From: Acidimicrobiia bacterium
GTDB lineage: Bacteria; Actinomycetota; Acidimicrobiia; Spongiisociales; ZC4RG35
NCBI GenBank assembly: GCA_025937235.1
Contig: JAICRU010000006.1
Location: forward strand, 1 to 60,759
DNA length: 60,759 nucleotides
Direction of reading: 5' to 3'
The notes below the pieces were generated by a model. It made no database searches, had not been told where the DNA came from, and saw only the letters and a program-made list of their open reading frames with translations. Both the position numbers and the translations under genes were made by a program. Position 1 is the first letter of the stretch. The number at the start of each line of letters is the position of its first letter. Below are positions 1-9,486 of this stretch, one piece after another.

Positions 1-1
1 A

Positions 2-208
2 GCACGTCTGTCGGCCGAAGGTGTCCTCTACACGTGCCTCTTCGCCTCGTCAGGCACCAACCTCCGCGACGCGATCCGGGCCGGGGACGATGTCGCTGCC
101 ATCATCGATCGGGTGTGGTCGACCCGGGAAGATCGGTACTCAGAGATCAGGTCCGCCCAGACCGTCTCGATCGGGTCCCGGGTGGAGATGAGCTATATCG
201 GGGGCTGA
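2..208 (+). CDS. moaA: GTP 3',8-cyclase MoaA, C-terminal part (gene starts before the window)
   Basis: Frame from nt 2 reads ARLSAEGVLYTCLF...VWSTREDRYSE...VEMSYIGG*, the typical MoaA C-terminus ending in MSYIGG. Not in the ORF track. Confidence 0.9.
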   Translation, partial: ARLSAEGVLYTCLFASSGTNLRDAIRAGDDVAAIIDRVWSTREDRYSEIRSAQTVSIGSRVEMSYIGG

Positions 209-272
209 GGGACAAGGCTGATGTCAATCACCACGGCGGCAGCCCGTCTGACGCCGACCCAGGATGGTGGAT

Positions 273-1295
273 TCAACCCCTGGCAAAGATGCGGGCGTCG
301 GTGGCCCGTACCCGGACGGCCTGCCCGGCGCGATAGACAGGGCGGGGGCCGATGCGGGCTCGCACCCGCGTGCCACCGTGCAGGGCGAGGGTGACCAATT
401 GGTCGTGCCCGAAGAACTCCGATCCGGCGACAACCGCATTCGGGGTCTCACCCAGGGAGATCTGGACGTTCTCGGGGCGGACGATCACCGACAGCTTGCC
501 GTGGAGATCGGTCTCGAAGGACCCCACCGGGGTTTCCACCCGGCCGTCCCGCTCGTGGGACTCGAACACGTCGGCGTCGCCGAGGAAGCCTGCAATCCAC
601 GGATCGGTGGGGTTGGAATAGAGATGCCCGGGGGTGTCTGCCTGGAGCACCCGGCCTTCCCGCATCACCGCCACGATGTCGGACGTGGCCAGGGCCTCCT
701 CCTGGTCGTGCGTCACGAAGACTGCCGTGGTGCGGGCCTCGGTGAGGATCGCCCGCAGCTCCCGCCGCACCCGGTCCCTGAGGCTGGCGTCGAGGTTGCT
801 GAATGGCTCGTCGAGGAGGATGACCTCCGGCTTTGGTGCGAGTGCCCGGGCCAGGGCCACCCGCTGCTGCTGTCCACCAGACAGCTCGTTGGGCATGCGG
901 TCCTCGAGCCCGTTGAGACCAACGAGTTCCAGCACCTCGCCCACCCGAGAGCCGCGATCGCCGCGAGCTAGCCCGTAAGCCACATTCCTCTCCACGGTCA
1001 TATGGGGGAAGAGGGCGTAGTCCTGGAAGACCATGCCCACCCGTCGCTTCTCCGGTGGCACGAACACGTCTGCACCGAGGACGGTCCTCCCGTGGATCTC
1101 GACGGTGCCGCCGGCGTCCTCGAAGCCGGCTATCACCCGCAGCGCGGTGGTCTTGCCACAGCCTGAAGGCCCGAGCAGTGTCACGACGCCGCCTTCCCAG
1201 ACGTCAAGGCTGAAATGGTCGAGCGCCACGGCATCACCGAACGACCTGGTCAGGTCGCGGGCGCGGATGGCGAGTCGATCAGTCGCGGAGCTCAC
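273..1295 (-). CDS. Fe3+ ABC transporter ATP-binding protein (FbpC/PotA-like)
   Basis: Walker A GPSGCGKTT, signature LSGGQQQRVALARAL, Walker B LLDEP, TOBE-like C-terminus; in an operon with permease and binding protein. Confidence 0.88.
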   Translation of the reverse strand: MSSATDRLAIRARDLTRSFGDAVALDHFSLDVWEGGVVTLLGPSGCGKTTALRVIAGFEDAGGTVEIHGRTVLGADVFVPPEKRRVGMVFQDYALFPHMTVERNVAYGLARGDRGSRVGEVLELVGLNGLEDRMPNELSGGQQQRVALARALAPKPEVILLDEPFSNLDASLRDRVRRELRAILTEARTTAVFVTHDQEEALATSDIVAVMREGRVLQADTPGHLYSNPTDPWIAGFLGDADVFESHERDGRVETPVGSFETDLHGKLSVIVRPENVQISLGETPNAVVAGSEFFGHDQLVTLALHGGTRVRARIGPRPVYRAGQAVRVRATDARIFARG

Positions 1296-2850
1296 GGGAC
1301 ATCACCAGGAAGAGTGGCACGATCGAGACAGCGAGGAGAACCAACCCGGCGGCCGAGGCGCGGGTGAGGAAGCCCTCCGCAGTGGAGCTCCAGATCCTTA
1401 TCGCCAGGGTCTCGAAGCCATTGGGGCGGAGGAGGAGGGTCGCCGGGAGCTCTTTCATGACACTGAGAAAGGCGAGAGCGCCGCCAGCCACGATGCCGGG
1501 TACGGCCAAAGGAATGGTGACGCGGGCCAACGTCGCCAGCGCCCCCCTTCCCAGGCCGCGTGACGCGTACTCCAGGTCCGGGCTGGCCCGGGACAGCGAG
1601 TCCTGGGCGGCGCCCACCACTTGGGGGAGGAAGATCGCCGCGTAGATGATCACGAGATAGACCAGGGTCTGATAGAGCGGCCGGGCCCAGGCGAGGGCGA
1701 ACCCGACAGCGGCCACCCCTACGGTGATGTGGGGCAGGGAGTAAGCGCCCCACATGGCCGACTCCACCCATCCCGACAGACGGCCCGGTCGTCTCGTGAT
1801 GACCATCGCGACCGGAAAGGCGAGGACCACGGTGACCACCGAGGCGACGAGGGCCACACCCAGAGACCTGGCGGCCTCCAGACCCGGTGATCCGATGCCT
1901 TGTCCGGCGTCGAGACCCCGGGCAAGGGTGACGCCCATGACCATCAAGGGCAGTCCAAGGGAGGCGAGGGCATAGAGGCCCAGGGTCGAGACAGCAGCGA
2001 TGCGGCCCGGTCGGGTGAGCCTGAGAAGGGCTCGGGCCCGGCGCGGCCGACGCCCATGCAACGCAGCGCGGGACCGGTACCGTCGCTCGACGAGAAGGAT
2101 GAGGACCGCCAGGAGCATCAGGATCAACGAAAGGGTGGCCGACGGCCGCCGATCGATCTGTCCTCGGTAGAGGGTGTAGATGGCCCGGGTGAACGTGTCG
2201 TAGCGGAGCAAGGAGACTGCGCCGAAGTCCGAGATCGTGTACAGGCCGACCAGCAGACCGGAGGCTACGAGCGTGGGTCTCAGCTGGGGCAGCGTCACCG
2301 AGCCAAAGACCTTCCATCGCCCCGCCCCCAGACCGGTCGCCGCCTCCTCGGTGGCCGGGTCGATCCCGCGCAGCGCGGGGATGAGGCTGAGATGGGCCAG
2401 TGGGGCGGTGAAAAACGAGAGGACCAGCCATGACCCCGGGAAGCCATAGGGAGTCGGGATCCCGGGGAGAAGACCGCCGGGCCCTGTGGCCGCGATGACA
2501 GTCAGGGCAGCCACGTACGATGGCACCACCAGGGGCAGGGCGGCCAGGGTCATCCACCCCCTCCGGAGCGGGAGCCTGACCCTCGTGGTGATCCACGCCG
2601 TCCCCAGCCCGATGGCCACCGACGTGATCGTCACAGCGATCGTCAGCAGAGTCGTGTTGACGAGCAGGGCCATGAGGCGTCCCGCCGGTATGACGAGGGC
2701 GGAGCCGCTCCCAACGACCTGGAAGAGCAGGCTGACGGGGGGAATGACGGTGGGGAGGAGGGCGACGCCGGCTGCCGCCCACCATCCTCTGTAACCGGGA
2801 CGCCGCACCGCCGCGGCCCGATGCGGTGCGGTGATCGGCCCGGAAGTCAC
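1279..2850 (-). CDS. Fe3+ ABC transporter permease (FbpB/SfuB-like)
   Basis: Polytopic protein with two EAA-like loops (EEAATGLGAG, EYASRGLG) and KELPATLLLRP. Start placed at GTG 2850, just after the upstream stop. Confidence 0.85.
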   Translation of the reverse strand: MTSGPITAPHRAAAVRRPGYRGWWAAAGVALLPTVIPPVSLLFQVVGSGSALVIPAGRLMALLVNTTLLTIAVTITSVAIGLGTAWITTRVRLPLRRGWMTLAALPLVVPSYVAALTVIAATGPGGLLPGIPTPYGFPGSWLVLSFFTAPLAHLSLIPALRGIDPATEEAATGLGAGRWKVFGSVTLPQLRPTLVASGLLVGLYTISDFGAVSLLRYDTFTRAIYTLYRGQIDRRPSATLSLILMLLAVLILLVERRYRSRAALHGRRPRRARALLRLTRPGRIAAVSTLGLYALASLGLPLMVMGVTLARGLDAGQGIGSPGLEAARSLGVALVASVVTVVLAFPVAMVITRRPGRLSGWVESAMWGAYSLPHITVGVAAVGFALAWARPLYQTLVYLVIIYAAIFLPQVVGAAQDSLSRASPDLEYASRGLGRGALATLARVTIPLAVPGIVAGGALAFLSVMKELPATLLLRPNGFETLAIRIWSSTAEGFLTRASAAGLVLLAVSIVPLFLVMSRELRD

Positions 2851-2851
2851 A

Positions 2852-3850
2852 TCAAACCAGACCGGCCTCTGCGACGAGACGGGTGGCCAGGTCGAGGACG
2901 CCGGCCAGTTCGCTGAGGTCGATGTCCGGTGAGTTGATCTCGGACAGGGCGGGAACACCCTCTGGCGCAGCCACACCCTCCAGGAGGGGATATTCGAACG
3001 TCTCGGTGCCGAAGAACGACTGGGCCTCTTCGGCGAGGAGGAAGTCCACGAACTGCTGCGCGCCGTCTGGATTCGCCGTGTCAGTGGTGATGGCGACCCC
3101 GGCCGGCATCACCAGCGAGCCCACGTCACCCGCTGGGATGAACCAGTTCTCCGCATTCTGACCTGCGCCCTCCGCGCGGAGACGCAGGAGGTAGTAGTGG
3201 TTGACCAAGCCGCCGGCCAGCTCGCCGTTGTCGATCGCCTCCACGATTGGTGCGTTCCCGTCGAATTCCACGGGGTCGTTGGTGGCCAACGCCTCCAGCC
3301 ACTCACGGGCCCCGTCCTCACCACGCTCGAGGATCATGGCCGACACGAACGCGAGGAATGAGCCGTTGGTAGGGGCGACTCCCAGCTGACCTGCCCACTC
3401 CGGGAGGATGGTGTCATCGATGGTCTGGGGGAGAGGCACGTCCGATCCGGTGTTGTGCACTACTACGCGCACCCGGCCCGAGGTGCCCACCCAGCGTCCG
3501 CCTCGATCCCGGTACTTGGCGTCCACCAGGCCCAAGGTCGCCTCCGGTAGCTCCGCCATCAGATCTGTCACCGCTCCGAGAGACGCCGGGTCCTGCGCGA
3601 AGAAGAGGTCGGCCTCGGTCTCCTCGCCCTCGGCCAGCAAGGTGGCGGCCAGCTCTCCCGAGTCTCCATATCGGACTTCCACCTCGGCCCCGCTGCTGCT
3701 CTCGAAGTCTTCGATCAGTGGGGCCACCAGTTCCTCGGAACGGCCTGAGTAAACCACCAGGGGTCCCTCGTCAGACCCCCCCTCGCCGCCGCAGGCGGCG
3801 AAGGCAGCTGCGAGGAGCAGAGCTCCCGGGACGACCCTTCTCAACGCCAA
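2852..3850 (-). CDS. Fe3+ ABC transporter substrate-binding lipoprotein (FbpA/FutA-like)
   Basis: Lipobox FAAC, VYSGRSEEL, and VNHYY (iron-binding Tyr pair). AGGAGG at 3851-3856 suggests the real start may be TTG 3844. Confidence 0.87.
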   Translation of the reverse strand: MALRRVVPGALLLAAAFAACGGEGGSDEGPLVVYSGRSEELVAPLIEDFESSSGAEVEVRYGDSGELAATLLAEGEETEADLFFAQDPASLGAVTDLMAELPEATLGLVDAKYRDRGGRWVGTSGRVRVVVHNTGSDVPLPQTIDDTILPEWAGQLGVAPTNGSFLAFVSAMILERGEDGAREWLEALATNDPVEFDGNAPIVEAIDNGELAGGLVNHYYLLRLRAEGAGQNAENWFIPAGDVGSLVMPAGVAITTDTANPDGAQQFVDFLLAEEAQSFFGTETFEYPLLEGVAAPEGVPALSEINSPDIDLSELAGVLDLATRLVAEAGLV

Positions 3851-3858
3851 CCTCCTGA

Positions 3859-3876
3859 TTGTTAGCTACCTAACAA
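3859..3876. promoter_or_regulatory. Palindromic operator, probably for a DtxR/IdeR-family iron-responsive repressor
   Basis: Perfect 7-4-7 inverted repeat TTGTTAG-CTAC-CTAACAA in an AT-rich patch directly upstream of the RBS of the iron operon; resembles the TTAGG/CCTAA DtxR box. Confidence 0.6.
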
Positions 3877-3948
3877 AGCAGGGTGAATCTAATTAACACT
3901 ACAGCGATAGTGCAAAATGCCGCGCCCACTGCGTGAGTCAGGCCGGGC

Positions 3949-4620
3949 TCAGAAACGGGCCCGATTGCCCGCTATATGCCGTCCCCGGGGCGCGGCGGCC
4001 GTCTGGCGTTCCCGGCCATCGACCCACAGTGAAATCGCCTCCAGTGGCGACAGTCCGTCCTCATGCTCCCACATCACCCGCTCCGAGCGCATACCGGGGC
4101 CGGGTCGGGTCGTCGCTGTGAACACGATTGGACCGTGCTTCCCCATGACGGTCTCCGCTACCTTGGCATCGAGCGACTCGTCGGTCTCGACCTCGACGGT
4201 GAGCCCGGCTCGGGGATGGGCGAGCAGGTCCTCCTGGCGGGCGGGATGGGCCGTGGCTGCCATCGCGCTGCCTATCCAGCCGGTCAGGGCACCCACCACC
4301 GCGCCGAGGGCACCGTATATGAGCCAGTGTCGCCCATCGATCCAGATCACCGACGCCAGGGCGGTGACCAGCCCCAGGCCGAGGGCGCCGGCGCCGGAGG
4401 TGACGAAAGGTTGCTCGAAGAGCTTGCCACCGGGGTCGGGCAGGGCGGAGAGCGTCCAGGGCCCGATCGGGGCTATCACCCTCGGCCTGAGTCCCGCCCT
4501 CTCCAGATGTTCGACTACCTCCCCTGCCGTGTCGGGGTCGGTGTAGGCCGCGCTGAGCGTGCTCAGCTCCTCAGCGGGCTCGGTGGACGCGGCCGGCGGG
4601 ATGGACAGGTCGGAGGACAT
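3949..4620 (-). CDS. Hypothetical membrane protein (two central TM helices, general-stress-protein-like layout)
   Basis: ORF from ATG 4620 (MSSDLSIP...) with a Gly-rich hydrophobic hairpin flanked by alpha/beta segments. Confidence 0.6.
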   Translation of the reverse strand: MSSDLSIPPAASTEPAEELSTLSAAYTDPDTAGEVVEHLERAGLRPRVIAPIGPWTLSALPDPGGKLFEQPFVTSGAGALGLGLVTALASVIWIDGRHWLIYGALGAVVGALTGWIGSAMAATAHPARQEDLLAHPRAGLTVEVETDESLDAKVAETVMGKHGPIVFTATTRPGPGMRSERVMWEHEDGLSPLEAISLWVDGRERQTAAAPRGRHIAGNRARF

Positions 4621-4645
4621 ATCGGTTCTCGTGGGTGTGGGTTGT

Positions 4646-5005
4646 CTACCCCTGAGCCGAACCGTCGAAACCCGGTCGGGCCTCCGCATGGCCCCTGCCC
4701 CGGGTGCCACGATGTAGCCGGCCCCCGGTGCGGGGCACATCGCTCGGGGGAAACGCACCGCGCAACGTGACCGTCCCCTGATCGATGTCGATGTTCACGG
4801 TAGCCATCGGCACCTCCCAGGACCTGGATTTGGCCTGCGTCTTCCTGGCGAGGCGGTCCGAGCGCACCGATCCCGACACCGTGTCGGCCAGCGATCTCAT
4901 CCCATGGGCCAGTCGGCTTCGCCGCCGTCGCCCTTGGGAACGGTCGAAGAAGTAGACGACACTGGCGCCGATCAGCATCCCACCGATCAGGTTGAGACGA
5001 TTCAC
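4646..5005 (-). CDS. Small hypothetical protein with YtxH-like N-terminus and partial BON-like segment
   Basis: GTG start overlaps the upstream stop (GTGA); LIGGMLIGASVVYFFDRSQGRRRR, then VNIDIDQGTVTLRG. Confidence 0.5.
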   Translation of the reverse strand: MNRLNLIGGMLIGASVVYFFDRSQGRRRRSRLAHGMRSLADTVSGSVRSDRLARKTQAKSRSWEVPMATVNIDIDQGTVTLRGAFPPSDVPRTGGRLHRGTRGRGHAEARPGFDGSAQG

Positions 5006-5163
5006 GACTGGTCGATGGCAGGGGCGTTGAGCCGGCTGGCACGGCACGCCGCATGGTCACAGCCGCAGAAGCCACCTGTCATGGTCCCCAGCTCGCATGC
5101 CTCGCTGCAGAACTCGCCGGTTTCGGTCACCACACAGGTGCATACATCATGCGCACATTGCAT
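5002..5163 (-). CDS. Bacterial metallothionein-like protein (SmtA/BmtA-like), 53 aa
   Basis: Manual translation MQCAHDVCTCVVTETGEFCSEACELGTMTGGFCGCDHAACRASRLNAPAIDQS; 8 Cys and 2 His; AGGAG RBS at 5169-5173; below the ORF-track cutoff. Confidence 0.8.
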   Translation of the reverse strand: MQCAHDVCTCVVTETGEFCSEACELGTMTGGFCGCDHAACRASRLNAPAIDQS

Positions 5164-5211
5164 CGGGGCTCCTGAGTCGATGTCGCCAAGCCATACCCGG
5201 CCGCACGAGCC

Positions 5212-6000
5212 TCAAAACTTGCCCTCCCCATCCCGATCCGGGCTCCAGACGCCGGCAGCGTCGAGATCGGGGAATCCGGCTGGCTCGATAGTCGACAAGG
5301 GAGTCATCGTGACGAAGTTCTTGGCGATCAGGGCCGTGTCGCTGGCCGGGTCGGTGCCGGCCGAAGACGATCCGACCACGAACTGAAGCTTCCGGTCGAC
5401 GACATCGGCGTTCGCCACCCGGAAATAGCCGAAGTCGTCGAGGTCTGCCCAGTGGATGCCGTTGATCTCGCCGGCGGGCACACCAGGTACGTTGATGTTG
5501 AGCACGTACGGCCCACGACTGCGGCCCAGGATCCAACGGGCCGCCGAATGCCCGACCTCCACCGCGGTGTCCCACTGCCACGGGTCGGATTGCGCCACGC
5601 TCACCGCTATCCCCCGGCTGCGGAAGGTCCGCGCGGTCAGCGCGGCACCGACAGTGCCGGAGTGAATGATCGAATGGCCTGTGTTCATGCCTGCGTTGAC
5701 ACCCGAGACGACGAGGTCGGGGAACCGCCCGAATGCTCCCAGCGCAGCTGCCATCACCGCCAGCCCCGGTGGTCCTGCGATGGTGTAGGCGGGGAATCCT
5801 CCCTCCATCTCGGCCTTGGTCAGGTCGACTCCTTTCACCGGGTCGAAGCCGCCGATCCCGGTGCCACTTCCCGACATGTCGGTTGCAGGCGCGGCGACCA
5901 CCACGTCGAAGTCCTCGGCCAGCCTGTTCGCGAGCTTGCTGAGCCCGGGGGAGTCGATCCCGTCGTCGTTGGTGACGACCACGCGTGGGAGGTCGGTCAT
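5212..6000 (-). CDS. surE: 5'/3'-nucleotidase SurE
   Basis: VVTNDDGIDSPG, PDLVVSGVNAGMN and HSGTVGAA motifs. Confidence 0.9.
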   Translation of the reverse strand: MTDLPRVVVTNDDGIDSPGLSKLANRLAEDFDVVVAAPATDMSGSGTGIGGFDPVKGVDLTKAEMEGGFPAYTIAGPPGLAVMAAALGAFGRFPDLVVSGVNAGMNTGHSIIHSGTVGAALTARTFRSRGIAVSVAQSDPWQWDTAVEVGHSAARWILGRSRGPYVLNINVPGVPAGEINGIHWADLDDFGYFRVANADVVDRKLQFVVGSSSAGTDPASDTALIAKNFVTMTPLSTIEPAGFPDLDAAGVWSPDRDGEGKF

Positions 6001-6944
6001 CGCTGCGCCGGGACCAGGACCTCGACCGCCACCCTCTCGGCGAGACGGGGGATGAGGTCGTCCGAGGCGCTGCCGAGCCCGTGCCGGGTCACATTGGCCG
6101 CGCCCGCCCCCGCGGCGAGCTTGAGCGAGTCCTCCGGGCCGAGGCCGCGACGGAGAGCCGCGGACAGGCCCGCCGTCATCGAATCGCCGGCGCCTCGATA
6201 GTCGACCGCCTCGAGCTCTGGGCCGGTGACGCGGTAGGTGACGCCTTCCATGCTGGCCAGAGCGGGCTGGGCACCTCGGGAGATAACGACGCTGTCCGCC
6301 CCGGCGGCGCGGAGTCGGTGCAACTCGGCCAGGGCACTCTCCTCGTCGTCTCCGATGAGTCGCCCATCCTCTTTGAGGTCTTCATCGCTCACCTTGAGCA
6401 GGTCCAGCCGGCCACCCTCCACGTATGCATCGAGCTCCTTGCCGTGGAGATCGCCGACGACGCGCACATCCGAGGAGGACAGATCGTGACCCAGGCGCCG
6501 ATAGGTGTCGATCGGGACGATCTCGGTCGGCTGGCCAGTGATCACCACGACCGGCGAGGCGAGGGCGAGGTCGAGGATCGAACCGTACGCGTCATCCAGT
6601 TCATGACGGGCCAGCGTTCGGGCCAGCGCCTCGGCTATCGGGCTCCGGTCCCCAGACCGCCGGTCCTGGATGACGGCCGGGGAGCTCTCCTGAACTTCGA
6701 CCGGGCGTAGATCGATCCCCCATTGCTCGATGAGGTTCCTGAGGACGCCACCGGACTCCCCGCCGACAGGGCCGCAGAGCAAGGGGCGCTCCTTGAGATG
6801 CCGCAACATCCGCGCCACCCAGAAGCCCTGGCCCCCGGGATGGATGTGGATGTCGTCTGGGGCCTCGTCGGTTGTCTTCTCGATGGTCACGGTGAGAGTG
6901 AGATGGGGAGCGAATACCGCGATCGTGTGCTGGTCTGTGGCCAT
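5997..6944 (-). CDS. PfkB-family carbohydrate kinase (1-phosphofructokinase-like)
   Basis: PGGQG motif and C-terminal GAGDSMTAG PfkB signature; stop overlaps the surE start. Confidence 0.85.
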   Translation of the reverse strand: MATDQHTIAVFAPHLTLTVTIEKTTDEAPDDIHIHPGGQGFWVARMLRHLKERPLLCGPVGGESGGVLRNLIEQWGIDLRPVEVQESSPAVIQDRRSGDRSPIAEALARTLARHELDDAYGSILDLALASPVVVITGQPTEIVPIDTYRRLGHDLSSSDVRVVGDLHGKELDAYVEGGRLDLLKVSDEDLKEDGRLIGDDEESALAELHRLRAAGADSVVISRGAQPALASMEGVTYRVTGPELEAVDYRGAGDSMTAGLSAALRRGLGPEDSLKLAAGAGAANVTRHGLGSASDDLIPRLAERVAVEVLVPAQR

Positions 6945-6952
6945 GCCCGGAT

Positions 6953-7336
6953 TCAGCCTTCTCCTGAGCCTTCACTTCCGATGCGATTGAAGCTCCACTC
7001 GCCGAGCCGCCACATGTCGTGCCCGCCATGCTCTTCGAGGATGTCTGCGACGGCGGCGGCGTGATCTTCGTCGACATCGACCGAGATCACAGAGCGCCCG
7101 TCCTCCAGGGCCCGATCAAGGCGGTCCAGGATCCGAATCTCGTCGCCGAAGGCGACGGCCAGCTTCTTCACGACCGACGATAGGCCCTCTGCATCGTCCT
7201 GGGAGAGATGGGCTCGCCCCTCCTCCCCATGAAGCAGCTCCGCATCGAATTGGCCGCCGGCAAGACTGTCCAACGCGGCCTTGGCGTCCGTCTGGCTGTC
7301 GATGATGGCGACGACTGTCCCGGTCAGCTCATGCAC
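6953..7336 (-). CDS. Hypothetical protein
   Basis: 127-aa acidic ORF in the same minus-strand gene run, ending 8 nt before the kinase start. Confidence 0.65.
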   Translation of the reverse strand: MHELTGTVVAIIDSQTDAKAALDSLAGGQFDAELLHGEEGRAHLSQDDAEGLSSVVKKLAVAFGDEIRILDRLDRALEDGRSVISVDVDEDHAAAVADILEEHGGHDMWRLGEWSFNRIGSEGSGEG

Positions 7337-7427
7337 GCCAGTGGATCCCTTCTGCAGTTTGTCTCGTCTGTGCCTTCAGGCCGCCACCACCTACCCCGGG
7401 TCGGGAGCGTGCAAACCAGCGGGTTGC

Positions 7428-8510
7428 TCAGCCGACCAGAAGTGGTATCTCGATCTCGGCGGGCTCGAGACCACCGTGATAGCAGTGCAAGCGCTTGTCG
7501 AAGCCTGGGGGAAGGAGCACCTTGCCCGGAGGCGCGAGGAGAAGGCCGTCACCGGCGCGCCGTCGGACCTCAGGGCTGGGGTCGGGGCCGAGCAGCCCCG
7601 TCGGGTCCACCAGCTCGGACCCTGTGGCTCGCGCGAGATCCTGGAGCAATGCCCGGTCCCCCCAGACCTGCACCCCGCGGGGATCACCTGCGAACCGAAG
7701 GCCGCGAAACTCCTTCTGCCGGATCACCACCTTGTCGGTCTCGGCGTAATCGATCAGACCGTGGTCGGCCGTTCCGAGCACGGTCACGTGGGCCGGGGCG
7801 GCAGAAACGACCCCCTCCCATATGCGGGATGCGAGACCCATCGAATCCGCGAACTGAGAGGACTCGAGGCCGTGGACGTGGCCTGCAAAGTCCACCGGCC
7901 AGAAGTAGGTGAAGATGAATCGGTTCGGCTCGGCGGCCAGGGCGACTGTCGCCTCCACCAGATCGTGATCGTCCCAGGTCGCTTCGAAGCGGGCGCCCCG
8001 ATAGGCAAGACGTGACAGGGGACTCCCCTCGAACGCGGACGGCTGCACCGTCACCGGCTCGACTCCGGCGTTGCGCAACCTCTCCCATAGGTTGGGGCGG
8101 GGAAGTACCGCCGAGTAGTCGTAGCTCACCCCATGACCGGACAGGTCCACCCACTTCAGGGTGTTGACCACGCGTCCCGTCTCCTCCAGCCAGACGAGAT
8201 GAGCCATCAGACCGTGGCGGGAGGCGGGAAGGCCGGTGGCGATGGTGGCCAGGGCGACGCTCGTCGTCGACGGGAAGGGGGCATGCAGGGTCGCCACGTG
8301 CGATCGACGGAGCGGTCCGGCCGCGTCATGACCCAGTTGGGCCACCCCCAAGCCGTCGAACAGGACCAGCACGTAGGACCGGCCCTCAGGTATCGAGATT
8401 GCGATCCCCGGGTCGAGAGGGGGGGATGGAGAGGTCCCGATGAGTCTCGTCTCGAGCTCTGCCATGAGGTTGACCAGCCCGCGGGAGTGGTATGAGGGAG
8501 CGTCCGCCAT
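7428..8510 (-). CDS. Alkaline phosphatase superfamily (nucleotide pyrophosphatase/phosphodiesterase) protein
   Basis: LVLFDGLG, FPSTTSVAL, VDFAGHVHG, TADHG and YHGGL metal and nucleophile motifs. Confidence 0.85.
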   Translation of the reverse strand: MADAPSYHSRGLVNLMAELETRLIGTSPSPPLDPGIAISIPEGRSYVLVLFDGLGVAQLGHDAAGPLRRSHVATLHAPFPSTTSVALATIATGLPASRHGLMAHLVWLEETGRVVNTLKWVDLSGHGVSYDYSAVLPRPNLWERLRNAGVEPVTVQPSAFEGSPLSRLAYRGARFEATWDDHDLVEATVALAAEPNRFIFTYFWPVDFAGHVHGLESSQFADSMGLASRIWEGVVSAAPAHVTVLGTADHGLIDYAETDKVVIRQKEFRGLRFAGDPRGVQVWGDRALLQDLARATGSELVDPTGLLGPDPSPEVRRRAGDGLLLAPPGKVLLPPGFDKRLHCYHGGLEPAEIEIPLLVG

Positions 8511-8569
8511 CGATCAAGGCTAGGACTGGCGCAGGTAGTTTTTGCCGATGGCAGTTGACGTTTCCCAAC

Positions 8570-8598
8570 TTCGACCTGAAACCACCCGTGCGTATACT
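8570..8598 (+). promoter_or_regulatory. Putative sigma70-type promoter of the nuo operon
   Basis: TATACT at 8593-8598 preceded by TGCG, and a weak -35 (TTCGAC) 17 nt upstream, 34 nt before the nuoA ATG. Confidence 0.4.
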
Positions 8599-8632
8599 CG
8601 CCCGCGGTGGTGTCCTTTCGACCCTCACAGGC

Positions 8633-8998
8633 ATGAGCCCGTATTTTGAGAGCTATCTGACAGTCGGCGCATTCGCCGTGTTGGGGGCCATCCTGGTGAT
8701 GGTCATGCTGGGGATAGCCGCGGTCCTCCGCCCCACCAATCCCACCACCACCAAGATGCTCACGTACGAGTGTGGGGTCGACCCGGTCGGGTCGGGCTGG
8801 AGCCAGAGCTACGTGCGCTATTACGTGTTCGGCCTCTTATTCGTCATCTTCGACGTCGAGGCGGTGTTCATCTTCCCTTGGGCCATAGTGCTGGATGAAC
8901 TCGGCACCTTCGGGCTGGTCGAGATGTCCATCTTCATCGGCATCCTGATCCTCGGATTGGTCTACGCCATCCGCAAGGGAGTCCTGCGATGGGAGTAG
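8633..8998 (+). CDS. nuoA: NADH-quinone oxidoreductase subunit A
   Basis: [22 protein letters not shown] and KGVLRWE. Confidence 0.95.
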   Translation: MSPYFESYLTVGAFAVLGAILVMVMLGIAAVLRPTNPTTTKMLTYECGVDPVGSGWSQSYVRYYVFGLLFVIFDVEAVFIFPWAIVLDELGTFGLVEMSIFIGILILGLVYAIRKGVLRWE

Positions 8999-9486
8999 TC
9001 CAGAAGTTCGGGGCCCCCAAGCCGGTGAGCTGGCTCCTGAACTGGTCCCGGAAGTACTCACTGTGGTTGTTCCAGTTCGGGCTCGCTTGCTGTGCCATCG
9101 AGCTGATGGCCGCCTCCGGCCCTCGTTTCGACTTCATGCGATTCGGGATCATCCCTCTCCCTGCCTCCCCGCGGCAGGCCGACCTCATGGTGGTGGCCGG
9201 GACGGTGACCGACAAGATGGCTCCCGCCATCCGGCGCCTCTACGACCAGATGCCCGACCCCAAGTACGTGATCTCGATGGGCTCTTGCGCCAACTGCGGC
9301 GGGCCCTATTGGGACTCATACTCGGTGACCAAGGGCGTCGATCAGGTGATCCCGGTGGACGTCTACGTGCCCGGTTGCCCGCCCAGGCCCGAGGCCTTGA
9401 TGGACGGGATAGTCCTGCTTCAGAAGAAGATCCAGGGCGAGGACATTCGGGAGAAATGGAGCCGGCGTGACCTCGAGCCCGTCTGA
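8989..9486 (+). CDS. nuoB: NADH-quinone oxidoreductase subunit B
   Basis: [19 protein letters not shown] and VPGCPPRPE (N2 cluster ligands). Confidence 0.97.
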   Translation: MGVVQKFGAPKPVSWLLNWSRKYSLWLFQFGLACCAIELMAASGPRFDFMRFGIIPLPASPRQADLMVVAGTVTDKMAPAIRRLYDQMPDPKYVISMGSCANCGGPYWDSYSVTKGVDQVIPVDVYVPGCPPRPEALMDGIVLLQKKIQGEDIREKWSRRDLEPV

